A DNA stretch of 64,000 bases from Chthoniobacterales bacterium (lineage in GTDB: Bacteria; Verrucomicrobiota; Verrucomicrobiia; Chthoniobacterales; UBA10450). The stretch is taken from the NCBI GenBank assembly GCA_036270255.1, contig DATBCW010000144.1, positions 662-64,661 on the forward strand, given 5' to 3'. Shown in pieces: positions 42,510 to 52,500 of the stretch. Positions within the stretch are counted from its first letter, which is position 1. Each line of letters starts with the position of its first letter. The notes beneath the pieces are model-generated. The model was not told the DNA's origin and made no database searches. It saw only the letters and a list, made by a program, of their open reading frames with translations. Made by a program: the position numbers and the translations under genes.

Positions 42510-44202
42510 TTATTCTGCTCGTCCTCCCCAGCAGCTCGCGAATCATTTGCATGCGGCGCCGGACCCGCCGGCTCTTTTTCAACTCTTCCACCGTCTTCGC
42601 CATTCGCCGGCTCCAGTTCGAACTGGCCGCGGTTCCCGGAACATTGAAGCGATCTTTCCGCGCGAGCAGATCGGTTATCATGACGAGGGCGATCCACGAT
42701 TCGCAGCGGAAGAGCGCCTCCATGATTGGCCCATAAAAGTCGTGGTCGAAGTCTGTCGCTTCGTTCGGAGGTCCGATGCCGGCGAAAGCCGCAATCTTCG
42801 CCAGATCGCCGCCGGCTAGCTCGGTCTCAGCCGTCGTTTCCTCGAACGCGTCTTCCCATAGCGCGCGGACCGGCTTGTGATCGTGCGTCGCATACGTGGC
42901 CACTGACAGGCGTTGATATTCGCTCCCCGGAATGGTGCGGCCATCCGGATAAGATTCCCACTGCGGAATTTTGAACCCAGCGATGCCTAACGAGTGCAAG
43001 CTCGGCCGGACGTAGTCGGGAACGGTGCCGAGATCCTCGCCGACGACGCGCGTTTCCTGCGATTCCTCGAGCACGACCCGCAAATAGGTCTCGCCCTCGC
43101 GCCGATTCATTTCGCAGTGCTCCCAGGTCGAATCGTCGCGCGGATAAAATTGGGGAGAGAGTCCGCCGGTCCGCTGAAGCATCTCGTCCTGAGAAAGTGG
43201 CAGGAACTCTTTGTTCCGGCTTGGGCGCCACGGGAAAGCGTAGATTCGGTAAAACCCGAGCACGTGATCGATGCGAAAGACGTGAAAGATCTTGCGCACC
43301 CCGCGCACTCGCCAGCGCCACCAATCGAGGTTCCGCGCCCGCATCACGTCCCAGCGATAGAGCGGAATACCCCAGTTCTGTCCCCATTTCTGGGTGAACT
43401 TGTCGTCCTTGAAGTACGGCTCGGGTGGCGCGCCCCCCGACCAATCGATCGCAAATTCATCGCGCCGAAAATAAACGTCCGCGCTGTAGAGATTGACGCC
43501 GAACGGAATGTCACCCATCAACGCGATTCCACGCTCGTCAGCGTAGCGACGGACCGCGCTCCATTGCTGCTCCGCGATCCATTGGACGTAGCGGTAAAAT
43601 TTCGCGCGGTCCTCGAATGCATCGCGCTTCTCCAAGGGCTGGTTCGCGAGCCAGGCGCGCGCGGAGTCCGGGTCGCGATGCTCTTGCCTCCATTGGTCCC
43701 AGGTTTCGTGGCCAGCGTTTTCCTCCATTAACGCGCGAAAGAATGCGTAATCGTCCAACCAGGGCGCCTCGCTTTGACAAAAGCGGGCAAAGTCATCGCT
43801 GCCATTCTTCCGTTCGCTGAACCGCCGATACGCTTTTTCCAGCAGCGCCATCTTCAGCCGTCGGACGCGATCATGTTTCACTGCGCCCTTGCGAAGCTTC
43901 TCGAGATCGAACTCGACGAGGACTTCGTCGAAGTCTTCCTGCATCAAATCCTCCGGCGAGCCTGGTGCCAGATAAAGCGTGGACGGTTCCACCGCGACAG
44001 CGCTGATCGCGTTATACGGACTGTGGTCGCCGCCCATTTCGTTGATGGGCAACAACTGGACGAGCCTGAACCCGATCTCCGCCGCCCAATCAATGAACTC
44101 CCGAAGCGCCCCGAGATCGCCGATGCCGAGGTCGTTCTCCCTTCGAAGCGCGAACAACGGCGCGAGAACTCCCGCGATTTTGCGCTCAGGCGACAAGTTC
44201 AT
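42505..44202 (-). CDS. malQ: 4-alpha-glucanotransferase (amylomaltase, GH77)
   Basis: GVLAPLFALR...DLGIGDLG, VQLLPINE...SPYNAISA, MGDIPFGV, FRIDHVLGF, VGEDLGTVP, ATYATHDH. Confidence 0.9.
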   Translation of the reverse strand: MNLSPERKIAGVLAPLFALRRENDLGIGDLGALREFIDWAAEIGFRLVQLLPINEMGGDHSPYNAISAVAVEPSTLYLAPGSPEDLMQEDFDEVLVEFDLEKLRKGAVKHDRVRRLKMALLEKAYRRFSERKNGSDDFARFCQSEAPWLDDYAFFRALMEENAGHETWDQWRQEHRDPDSARAWLANQPLEKRDAFEDRAKFYRYVQWIAEQQWSAVRRYADERGIALMGDIPFGVNLYSADVYFRRDEFAIDWSGGAPPEPYFKDDKFTQKWGQNWGIPLYRWDVMRARNLDWWRWRVRGVRKIFHVFRIDHVLGFYRIYAFPWRPSRNKEFLPLSQDEMLQRTGGLSPQFYPRDDSTWEHCEMNRREGETYLRVVLEESQETRVVGEDLGTVPDYVRPSLHSLGIAGFKIPQWESYPDGRTIPGSEYQRLSVATYATHDHKPVRALWEDAFEETTAETELAGGDLAKIAAFAGIGPPNEATDFDHDFYGPIMEALFRCESWIALVMITDLLARKDRFNVPGTAASSNWSRRMAKTVEELKKSRRVRRRMQMIRELLGRTSRIS

Positions 44203-44203
44203 A

Positions 44204-44284
44204 CCTCACACAACGGTCACAAAGGACACAACGGATGTCTTTGATGATTTCACCTTGGTGAACCTTTGCGTCCTTTGTGCGAGG
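44204..44284. repeat. Palindrome with arms built of CACAAAGGA-type units (hairpin family D, copy 5)
   Basis: cctcacacaacggtcacaaaggacacaacgg ... central ttcaccttggtgaa ... cctttgcgtcctttgtgcgagg. Lies between the helicase stop and the malQ start. Confidence 0.7.
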
Positions 44285-44292
44285 TCCTCTGA

Positions 44293-46293
44293 TCAGCCAC
44301 GTCGAATCTGCCAATCCTCGACCAACTGGTTTGGAATCTCTTTCAGGAAACGCGACGGCCGCTGGAAGATGTCGCCGAAACCGCCGCTCAATCGCATGTG
44401 CGGGTAGGTGAGATAGAGCTCGTCGCGGGCGCGAGTGATGGCGACGTAAAATAGCCGGCGTTCTTCCTCGATTGCGTCGCGTGTTTCGAGGGAGCGGGTG
44501 CTGGGAAACATTCCGTCGGTCAGCCAGATCACAAAGACGGTGTGATACTCGAGGCCTTTCGCCTGGTGAACGGAAGACAGATTCACCGCTTCGGTGTCCT
44601 TGGTTTGGTCGAGCGCTGGCTCCGCATCGATGTTGCTGATCAGCGCCAGTTGGGAAAGGAATTCCTCGACGTCCTTGAACTGGCGCGCGAAAGCCGCCAA
44701 CTGATTCAAATCCTCTCGCCGGAGTTCGTAGTTCGTAAAATTCGCCTTCGCGTAATCGTCATAAATCGCTTCCACGATCGACGTGATCATTTCCGAGGGC
44801 GGGTTCGGTGGTCCGCCTGGCGCGATTTCATCGAGCGTATGCGCGAGCTGTTCCCACGATTTTTTGGATTTCGCGCCGACGGGCATCGCGAGCAAGCGCT
44901 CGCCCCACGACGTGATTTCGCCGCGCTCGTTCAATCCCGTTTCCCACGCCCGCCAATGATTGTCCGCGCTCTTGTTTCCAATGCCGGGCAAGAGCTTCAC
45001 CATCCGTTTGAAGGCGACTTCGTCTCGCGGGTTCGCGACGAAACGAACGAACGACGTCACGTCCTTCACGTGCGCCTGCTCGAAGAATCGGACGCCGCTC
45101 GTAATGAGGTAGGGGATACCGCGTCGCGAAAGCTCCAGCTGCAATTCAATCGCGTGATAGTGGGCCCGGTAGAGGACCGCGATCTCGTCCAACTCGATTC
45201 CTTCATCGCGCAGTTCGAGAATCCTTTGAGCCACGAACCGCGCCTGTTCGCTGCCGTCATTCAGCCCCACCACGGCCGGCCGGAACGAATTGCTCGGGCG
45301 CGTCGCCGCGAGCTCCTTCTTGAACTGCTTCACGTTTCCCGCAATCGCCGCGTTCGCGACCCGCAAAATCTCCGGCACGCTCCGGTAGTTCATCTCGATC
45401 TTGAAAACCTGCGCGTCCGGATACCGCTCCGGAAAGGCCAGGATGTTTTTGAAGTTCGCGCCGCGCCAGGAGTAGATTGATTGCGCGTCGTCCCCGACCA
45501 CCATGACGTTGCGATGCTCGGCTGCGAGGGTGTCGATGAAGTCCGCCTGGATCTTGTTCGTGTCCTGGTATTCGTCCACGAGGATGAATTGGAACTGGCG
45601 CCGGTAAAAATCTGCGATGTGCTCGTGCTCGATCAGCATCCGCAGCGTTTTCTCGAGCAGATCGTCGAAGTCCATCGAGTTCGTGCTCTTCTTTTTCTTT
45701 TCGTACCGCGCGTGCACGTCCTGGATCTGTTCGAGTAACGGAAGGAAGTAGGGAAACTTCTCCGCGAGCAGAGCGTCAATCGGGGTCTCGGTGTTGATCA
45801 CGAAACTAAAAATCTCCGCGAGCACGTCGCCCTTCGGGAACCGAATTTCCTTCGGGTTAATTCCAGCCGCTGCGACCACGGTATCGATGAGGTCCTTCTG
45901 ATCCTCGCGATCCATGATCGTGAACCCGCTCGAATAACCCAGCGCGCTGCCGTGCCGGCGCAGCATCCGATTGCCAATCGAGTGGAACGTCCCTCCCCAG
46001 AGCCCGCTCGCGTCGACCGGCAACAGGTTCGCGACGCGGTCCAGCATCTGGCGCGCGGCTTTGTTTGTGAAGGTGAGGAGCAGGATGTTCCGCGGATCGA
46101 TTCCGTTCTCCAGCAAATAGGCGACGCGATACGTCAGGGTCCGCGTTTTTCCGCTGCCCGCGCCGGCGATCACGAGGAGCGGCCCGGGCGAGGCCGTCAC
46201 CGCCGCGAGCTGCTGCTCATTCAGTTCCGCCGCGTAATCGATGTTGATCGACGGCGCATGGGGCGCGCGCTGGAGCGTGTATTCGCGGGACAT
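44293..46293 (-). CDS. UvrD/Rep/PcrA-family SF1 DNA helicase
   Basis: LNEQQLAAV, VIAGAGSGKTRTL (motif I), LLLTFTNKAA, ILVDEYQDTN (motif II), VGDDAQSIYSWRGA, VLYR, SSVHQAKGLEY, VAITRAR. Confidence 0.88.
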   Translation of the reverse strand: MSREYTLQRAPHAPSINIDYAAELNEQQLAAVTASPGPLLVIAGAGSGKTRTLTYRVAYLLENGIDPRNILLLTFTNKAARQMLDRVANLLPVDASGLWGGTFHSIGNRMLRRHGSALGYSSGFTIMDREDQKDLIDTVVAAAGINPKEIRFPKGDVLAEIFSFVINTETPIDALLAEKFPYFLPLLEQIQDVHARYEKKKKSTNSMDFDDLLEKTLRMLIEHEHIADFYRRQFQFILVDEYQDTNKIQADFIDTLAAEHRNVMVVGDDAQSIYSWRGANFKNILAFPERYPDAQVFKIEMNYRSVPEILRVANAAIAGNVKQFKKELAATRPSNSFRPAVVGLNDGSEQARFVAQRILELRDEGIELDEIAVLYRAHYHAIELQLELSRRGIPYLITSGVRFFEQAHVKDVTSFVRFVANPRDEVAFKRMVKLLPGIGNKSADNHWRAWETGLNERGEITSWGERLLAMPVGAKSKKSWEQLAHTLDEIAPGGPPNPPSEMITSIVEAIYDDYAKANFTNYELRREDLNQLAAFARQFKDVEEFLSQLALISNIDAEPALDQTKDTEAVNLSSVHQAKGLEYHTVFVIWLTDGMFPSTRSLETRDAIEEERRLFYVAITRARDELYLTYPHMRLSGGFGDIFQRPSRFLKEIPNQLVEDWQIRRG

Positions 46294-46337
46294 GGGGCGT
46301 AACGCTCCCGTGTCGCCGCACCCTGTTCAACGGAAAT

Positions 46338-47078
46338 CTAAACGACGGGCGTCTGTGGAATGGCGGGCGCAGTCGAGCCGCGCCGTTTCTGTCCGAGTTC
46401 TTCTAGCAGCTCGATCTGGATCTGCTGAATTTCAAAGAGACGATTGTATTGCTTGCGCAGCAGATGATCGATTTTTTCGTGAAGATGCCTGATCTCCAGC
46501 TCGGCTTTCAGGTTGATTTTGTAATCGTTTTCGCCGCGTAAACGGTCGCGCGCCTCGCTCCGATTCTGGCTCATCATGATAACGGGAGCCTGAAGGGCGG
46601 CGAGCGCCGAAAGCACGAGGTTCATCAGGATATAGGGGTAAGGGTCGAAGGCCTGATTCACCAGAATGAAGCTGTTGATGCCGATCCAGAGGAGCAGGAT
46701 GAGGCTGAAGACAATGATGAACGTCCAGCTGCCGCCGAACGCGGCGATGGAATCGGAGAGCCGTTCGCCGAAGGTCAGTTTCTTTTCAAACTGTTTGCTG
46801 ATGTCGCTCGAAAGGATTTCATGCTGCTGCAAACTTTCGACGACTTCGTTGTCGAGCGCGGAGAGCTCGCCGATCTCGTCCTGCAAGACTTCCTTCACGT
46901 AATCGCGCCGGAATTTTCCCAGGTCGTCGAAGCAGATGAACGATTTTCCGTCCCACTGCGGAGCCTTCTTGTGGATGAACTCCGAGAGCGAAGGCCTAAC
47001 GACTTCGCCGATCGTGCCGTTGCGCGTGGATTTGGTCTCTCCACAGATCAGGCATTGCGCTGTCTCTGGCTTTCCCAT
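46338..47078 (-). CDS. DUF1003-family membrane protein with N-terminal Cys-pair region
   Basis: FGERLSDSIAAFGGSWTFIIVF...DPYPYILMNLVLSALAALQAPVIMMSQNR. ATG 47078 preferred (AAGGA upstream) over track TTG 47108. Confidence 0.7.
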   Translation of the reverse strand: MGKPETAQCLICGETKSTRNGTIGEVVRPSLSEFIHKKAPQWDGKSFICFDDLGKFRRDYVKEVLQDEIGELSALDNEVVESLQQHEILSSDISKQFEKKLTFGERLSDSIAAFGGSWTFIIVFSLILLLWIGINSFILVNQAFDPYPYILMNLVLSALAALQAPVIMMSQNRSEARDRLRGENDYKINLKAELEIRHLHEKIDHLLRKQYNRLFEIQQIQIELLEELGQKRRGSTAPAIPQTPVV

Positions 47079-47125
47079 GCGATCCTTATAGCGAAGAACC
47101 GCGCCCAATGTCGATGGTTGCGCTC

Positions 47126-49393
47126 CTATCGCAGGATAATCGAGCGTGAAGCGGACCGACCATGGTCGTCGAGCGCCGTGAGCTGATAAACGCCCGGCGC
47201 CGGTTTCCAGGACAAGACTTCGTGCGCGTCGCAGGCGCCGAGGAACGTTTTGTCGGCGAACCAGTAGAGTTTTCGCACACCGCTTTCGGTCTCGGCGCGA
47301 AGCGGGATCGCGGCTGTATTTTCCGAAGCGTGCGAAATCGTTATCTCGCTCGCCGGCAAATTGATTTTCGGGGCGTGCCCGCCGCGCGACAGAAGTTCGT
47401 TATCCATCGTTGGCACAAATGGCGGCGGCAATCTTCGCGGCACACCGGCCCGTTCGAAGAGCGCCAACAAGTCCGACGGCCAGAATTCGTAAACCTCGTG
47501 CCGGATCGTTCGCATCCCGTCATCCTGGGCGACGCGCAGCCCGGTTGACGCGTCGACCAACACATCGCGATGCACATCGCAGGTCGTGATCGGCGAGATG
47601 CCCGGGATGAACCAGCTCTCAGTCCGATGTGGACAAAGCGCCGTAGGCAATTGACCGGACACCGCGCAGAACTCGACCCGCTTCAGGTTCAACTCCGGCG
47701 GCGGCAAATGCGGCTCGGCGCGCGACGGCTGCATCGTGCGCAGTCCGTCGATCATTTGAAAAAGAAGAGGCGCCGCGGCTGTCCGGCCAATAAAGGTGGG
47801 GTTCCGTTTTCCATCGAAGTTTCCAATCCAGACCGCGAGCACATAATGATCGAAGACCGCGACCGACCAGGCGTCACGAAATCCATGGGAAGTCCCGGTT
47901 TTCCAAAACACTGGCCCTGAACGGTTCGACTCAGCGTTCGTTAGGCCGGGCCGCGGGATTTGGCCCAGCATGTCCAAAGTGAGAAACGCCGCTTCCGGAC
48001 TGAGGAGCCGGACGGTCTTTGTGGCGGGCTCTTTGCGAGAGCGACGCAGGGGCTGAAGCCGGCCACCGTTCGCGAGCGCCGCGTAGAGCCGGACCAGGTC
48101 GTCCATCGTCACTTCAGCTCCGCCGAGCGGCAAGGACAAGCCGTAGAACGACGCAGGTTTCGGCAGCGCTACCTCGGCGTTGCGCAAAAATTCGTAGAAC
48201 GTCGGATGCGCCAAATCGGCCGCGAGCGTGACCGCGGGCACGTTGCGACTGCGGGCAAGCGCGTCGCAGGCGCGGATCGGTCCGAGGAATTCGCGATCAA
48301 AATTTTCCGGATTGTAATCGCCGAAGGTGTGCGGCGCGTCCTTCAACAGTGTGAGCGGATGGATTAGCCCCTGGTCGAGGGCGAGCGCGTAGACCAACGG
48401 CTTCAAGGTCGAGCCCGGCGAACGCGGCCGGCGGGTGCCGTCGACCTGGCCGTGAATCTCGGCGTTGGAAAAATCCGACGACCCGATTTGAGCCAGGACT
48501 TCCATCGTCTTGAAATCGACGAGCAATGCGGCGGCGTTCACGATTCCGCGATCATGATTCTGCGCGATGTAATCGGTGACCCGCTTCTCGAGCATTTGCT
48601 GGAGCGACAGATCGAGGGTCGTCTGGACTTCAGTCCCGGAGGTCCGTGTTTCCAAAACCTGTTGAACGAAATGCGGCGCGATCAATTGCCGCCGCGTCCG
48701 CGCCTCGGCGCGAAAGGTAAGCGCGGGGGTTTCGTTCGTAGTCGATCGCAGATACCAGCGCTGTTGCGCGTTCGTGACTCGGGAATTTTCGCCGCCCGCG
48801 ATCAGCGCGCGCCGAGTCGGGCTTTGCGGGATGACGCTCAACGCGACCGCTTCCGCTGACGTCACTCGTGCGGCGCTTTTGGAGAAATAGATTTCGCTGG
48901 CGGCGCCGACTCCTTCGATGTTCCGGCCGTAGGGCGCGAGATTCAGATACGCCTCCAGGATTTTCGACTTCGAGTAGTGGCGCTCGAGCTCGAGCGCGTA
49001 AACGATCTGCCGCAATTTGCCGGCGACGGTCCGCGTCTGGAGGTGATAACGCAGCCGCGCGACCTGCATCGTGATCGTTGAAGCGCCCGCATGCGTGCCG
49101 CGCGAGAACGCCAGGTTCCACGTCGCGCGGAGGAGCGAGACGGGATTCACGCCCGGATGTTTCCCATAATATTTGTCTTCGAACCGCAGCGTCGCATCCA
49201 CGAGCGCCGGGGAGATGTCCTTCAAAGGCGTCCACACCCGGTATTTTTGGTCGGCGGTCAGCGTGACCCGGAGAACGTTGTCGTTGCGGTCGCGCACTCG
49301 GGTAGAAAAATCGATTCCATCCAGGAGCGGCGGTTTTGGAAGCGCGAGCCAAGTGGCGGCTAAAATCAGTGCGGAGAAGAGAGCAACCCGCAT
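47126..49393 (-). CDS. pbpC: Penicillin-binding protein 1C (GT51 transglycosylase + transpeptidase + PbpC C-terminal domain)
   Basis: RFEDKYYGKHPGVNP, GASTITMQVARL (GT51); STLKP (SxxK), SRN, KTGTS (transpeptidase). ATG 49393 chosen because residues upstream are a translated palindromic repeat. Confidence 0.88.
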   Translation of the reverse strand: MRVALFSALILAATWLALPKPPLLDGIDFSTRVRDRNDNVLRVTLTADQKYRVWTPLKDISPALVDATLRFEDKYYGKHPGVNPVSLLRATWNLAFSRGTHAGASTITMQVARLRYHLQTRTVAGKLRQIVYALELERHYSKSKILEAYLNLAPYGRNIEGVGAASEIYFSKSAARVTSAEAVALSVIPQSPTRRALIAGGENSRVTNAQQRWYLRSTTNETPALTFRAEARTRRQLIAPHFVQQVLETRTSGTEVQTTLDLSLQQMLEKRVTDYIAQNHDRGIVNAAALLVDFKTMEVLAQIGSSDFSNAEIHGQVDGTRRPRSPGSTLKPLVYALALDQGLIHPLTLLKDAPHTFGDYNPENFDREFLGPIRACDALARSRNVPAVTLAADLAHPTFYEFLRNAEVALPKPASFYGLSLPLGGAEVTMDDLVRLYAALANGGRLQPLRRSRKEPATKTVRLLSPEAAFLTLDMLGQIPRPGLTNAESNRSGPVFWKTGTSHGFRDAWSVAVFDHYVLAVWIGNFDGKRNPTFIGRTAAAPLLFQMIDGLRTMQPSRAEPHLPPPELNLKRVEFCAVSGQLPTALCPHRTESWFIPGISPITTCDVHRDVLVDASTGLRVAQDDGMRTIRHEVYEFWPSDLLALFERAGVPRRLPPPFVPTMDNELLSRGGHAPKINLPASEITISHASENTAAIPLRAETESGVRKLYWFADKTFLGACDAHEVLSWKPAPGVYQLTALDDHGRSASRSIILR

Positions 49394-49422
49394 GATCCTC
49401 TTCGTTCGCGCGGATAGACGTC

Positions 49423-49498
49423 TTGGTAGGGCGAGACGCTGTCGAGCCGGGCGAACGTCGCTCGTTTTTCGCGGCTCGACAGCGTCTCGCCCTACCAA
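49423..49498. repeat. Palindromic element family C (TTGGTAGGGCGAGACGCTGTCGAGCC), copy 2
   Basis: Perfect 26-nt arms 49423-49448 / 49473-49498 with a 24-nt loop. Intercistronic between the alpha-2-macroglobulin stop (49542) and the pbpC start (49393). Confidence 0.9.
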
Positions 49499-49541
49499 AG
49501 GCGGATCAAATTCGGGCTGTGTGTTCACGTGGTGAATGCAG

Positions 49542-52500
49542 TTACTTGGTTACCACGATCTTTGCGCCCAAGCCGCGGCCCTTCAGGTTCCGGTCGTACA
49601 TCGATTCGGCGAAGACGGGCGGCACGACGAATGTCCCACGGTTGCACGATTTGATTTGGTACGTGATTTCGATCGTGTCGGTCGGCACGGTTGCGTAAAA
49701 GATGGTGCGATCTTCGCGGACATCGACGTAGTCGACGCCTTTGATCTCCGACACTCCTGGTGTGAGCGATGAGCTCACGACCTCAAATCCGCCGGGAAGC
49801 AGATCAATCAGCGCGACGTTGCTGATCCATTCCGCTCGCAGACTTCGAATCCGCAGCCGAACGGTGACGACTTCGCCGAGCTTCGTCGTCGTGACGGGCT
49901 GGTTCGATTTGTCGAGCAATTCGCGATACACCTCGAGCCCATCGGTAATCGGTTTGTCCGAGAGCTTGCGATCGAACCCTGCTTCGATCACCTGATAATA
50001 AGCGCCGGGCGGATTGAGCGCTTTTGGCGTGCGGAAGCTGAGCGCAGCGGCGTCGCCAGAAAAATTCGCGCGTTGCAAAAGCTTCGTGCCGGTAACGAGC
50101 ACCTTCTCTTTTTTCGCCTTGTCGAGCTCGATGATGCTGAGCTCCGGCGGATGCTGCGCAACGATCCGCGCATACGACTTCAAGGCGAGGACCGCGTAGG
50201 CCGCGGACAAGGTATTGAAGTTTCCTTCGCCGATCGGCTTGAGTACCTTTTCAAACTCCGTCGCCGGCAACTTCTTCAGGCGATCTGGAAATTCGCGCGA
50301 GAGAACGGCGACATATTGCGAATCCGCGCCGAGCGGCTGGTAGAAATCGTTGATCCGTTTCTTATCGACCTGGCCGATCTTGTAAGCGCCGATCAGCTTC
50401 GTCGCGTCATCTTCCTTTTTCAGAATGTGGAGCGCGCCGGCGAGATAAACGCCCGTCAGATCCGTCTTCCATTCCTTGGCGTGATTCTTATCCAGGTAAT
50501 CGCGCAGGTTGATGATGTAGTTCGTCGTCACCACTCCTTCCCGGCTGAGCAGATAAATGGCGTAAGCAATTCGGCACGCGTCATCCAGATCCGAGGGTTC
50601 CTTCGCGACCATCACCTGCAAATTCCTCAGGCCGCTTGCGAACATTTCCGCCGGCGGGGCAAACCCGGCGGCTTTTGCTTCGATCAGGAAATGCATCGCG
50701 TACGGCGACATGAAACTGATGTCCTGGCCCTTTTCCGGTGCCCAATATCCGAACGCGCCCTGGTCGTTTTGACGGCGGCGCAGGACCGCGAAAACGTTTT
50801 CCAGCTGCGTGGCCACCTCGGCTTTCGACAACCCGAAGTCGCTTTCATCGGCGAGAGTCAGCCGGCAAAAGGCGGCGCTCGTGATCTGTTCGCTGCAACC
50901 GTGCGGGAAATCTTTCAGGTAAGCATCGAGTCCATGCGCGAGCCCAAGCGGGACCGCGGAAACCGCGGCCGAGAGTTTGCGAAACTCCGGATACATCTCG
51001 CGCGATACCGGCACGTCGACGCTGTTCTTCGTGAAGCTGCTGCTCCGGACTTGGGTCATGAAGGTGGTCGGCGGCCGCACGCTGATCGTCGAGCGCAGCC
51101 GCATTTCCTTCCCGCCGCTGCTGGCGATGAACGTCACTGTCCCCGAGCCAAGTTTGTCGTTCACTTTGACTGAGAACGTCGTCGTTTGCTCGTGGCCTTC
51201 GGCGATACGCATCGTCTGCGACGGAGTCTTCACGATCTGCAGATGCTCGGAAGCTTCGGCGCGAATCTGCACATCCGCGTTTTCACCCGAGCCTTCGACG
51301 TTGTTCGCAACCGTAACGCCAACCTCGAATTCATCGCCGGGAGCGGCGAGTGTAGGCACGCTCGGCGTAATCACGAATGGACCGCGGATCAACGGATTTT
51401 TTTCCGCGGCGCCTGTGGTGTCGTCTGCCACCGCGACCGCCATCACGGTCAGCGTTCCCGCAAAATAATCCGGGACATCGTAAACGACTTCGCGCTGGGT
51501 CGGATCGGCGTCGATAATTCCGGACCAAAAGACGACTGGCTTTTCCGTGACGCGCTTGAATGGATTGAGCTGCTTCGGATTATCGCCGTCGCCACCGAAC
51601 GCCGAGAGCGATCGAAGAATGGAAAATTCCGGCATAATCAAATCGACGATCTGCGACGTCTCCACCCCGAGCGCGCACTTGCGGAAGAAAAAGCCGAGCG
51701 GATCCGGCAGCTTGTAGTCGCTTACCTGAAGAATTCCCTGGTCGACCGCGAAGACAGCGATCTTCGAAGGCCGATCGGTCTTGTACTTGATGTGAAGCGG
51801 CTCGCCGGGTTTCGCGATCGCCGGCGTATCCAGCTCCACCTTCAGACGGCGTCGTTCGATATTGGCCGTGAATGGAACCACGCCATAGCTCAGGGGGCTG
51901 GTGAAGATTTCCTTCGAATCGAGGGCGCGGATCAGTGCCACATTGATGTAGCCGCTACCTTCAAAGCCGTCGGGCACCTTGATTCGTTGCACGCTGCTGG
52001 CGGCATTCGTCTTGAACCAGAGCTGCGCATAAACCTTGTCGCGCTCGATCGTGATCAAGCCGCTCCCCGCATACGGCGCCGTGATGCTGATTTCGATTTC
52101 TTCCCCAGTATTGTATTGCGATTTCGAGAGCTTCACTTGCAACTCGGAGTTCTTATCGAGAGAACGCTTCACGATTCCGCGGCCGACCACAGAAAAGCGG
52201 ACGCGGCTGACCTTGCGGTTGTCTTTGTCGCGTAACTCAACGACGTAATCCCCCGGCTCGCCGGTCGGGAGTTGGTAACGCAACCCTTCGGTGCCGATCG
52301 CGAGCTTTTCCGTTTTCGCGACGCGCTCTTTCAAGACCGACTCATAGGCATAACTGCCGTTGTCCTTCTTCGTAACCACGGAAACGTATTCCTGCGCGAT
52401 GACGGTCAGGGTCAGGTCATCCAGCGCGATCTTGTCGAGCTTCGAATCGACGGCCAGCAAGTCGACTGCGCGCGGCGTGCTGGCGTTGATGTAATTCAGG

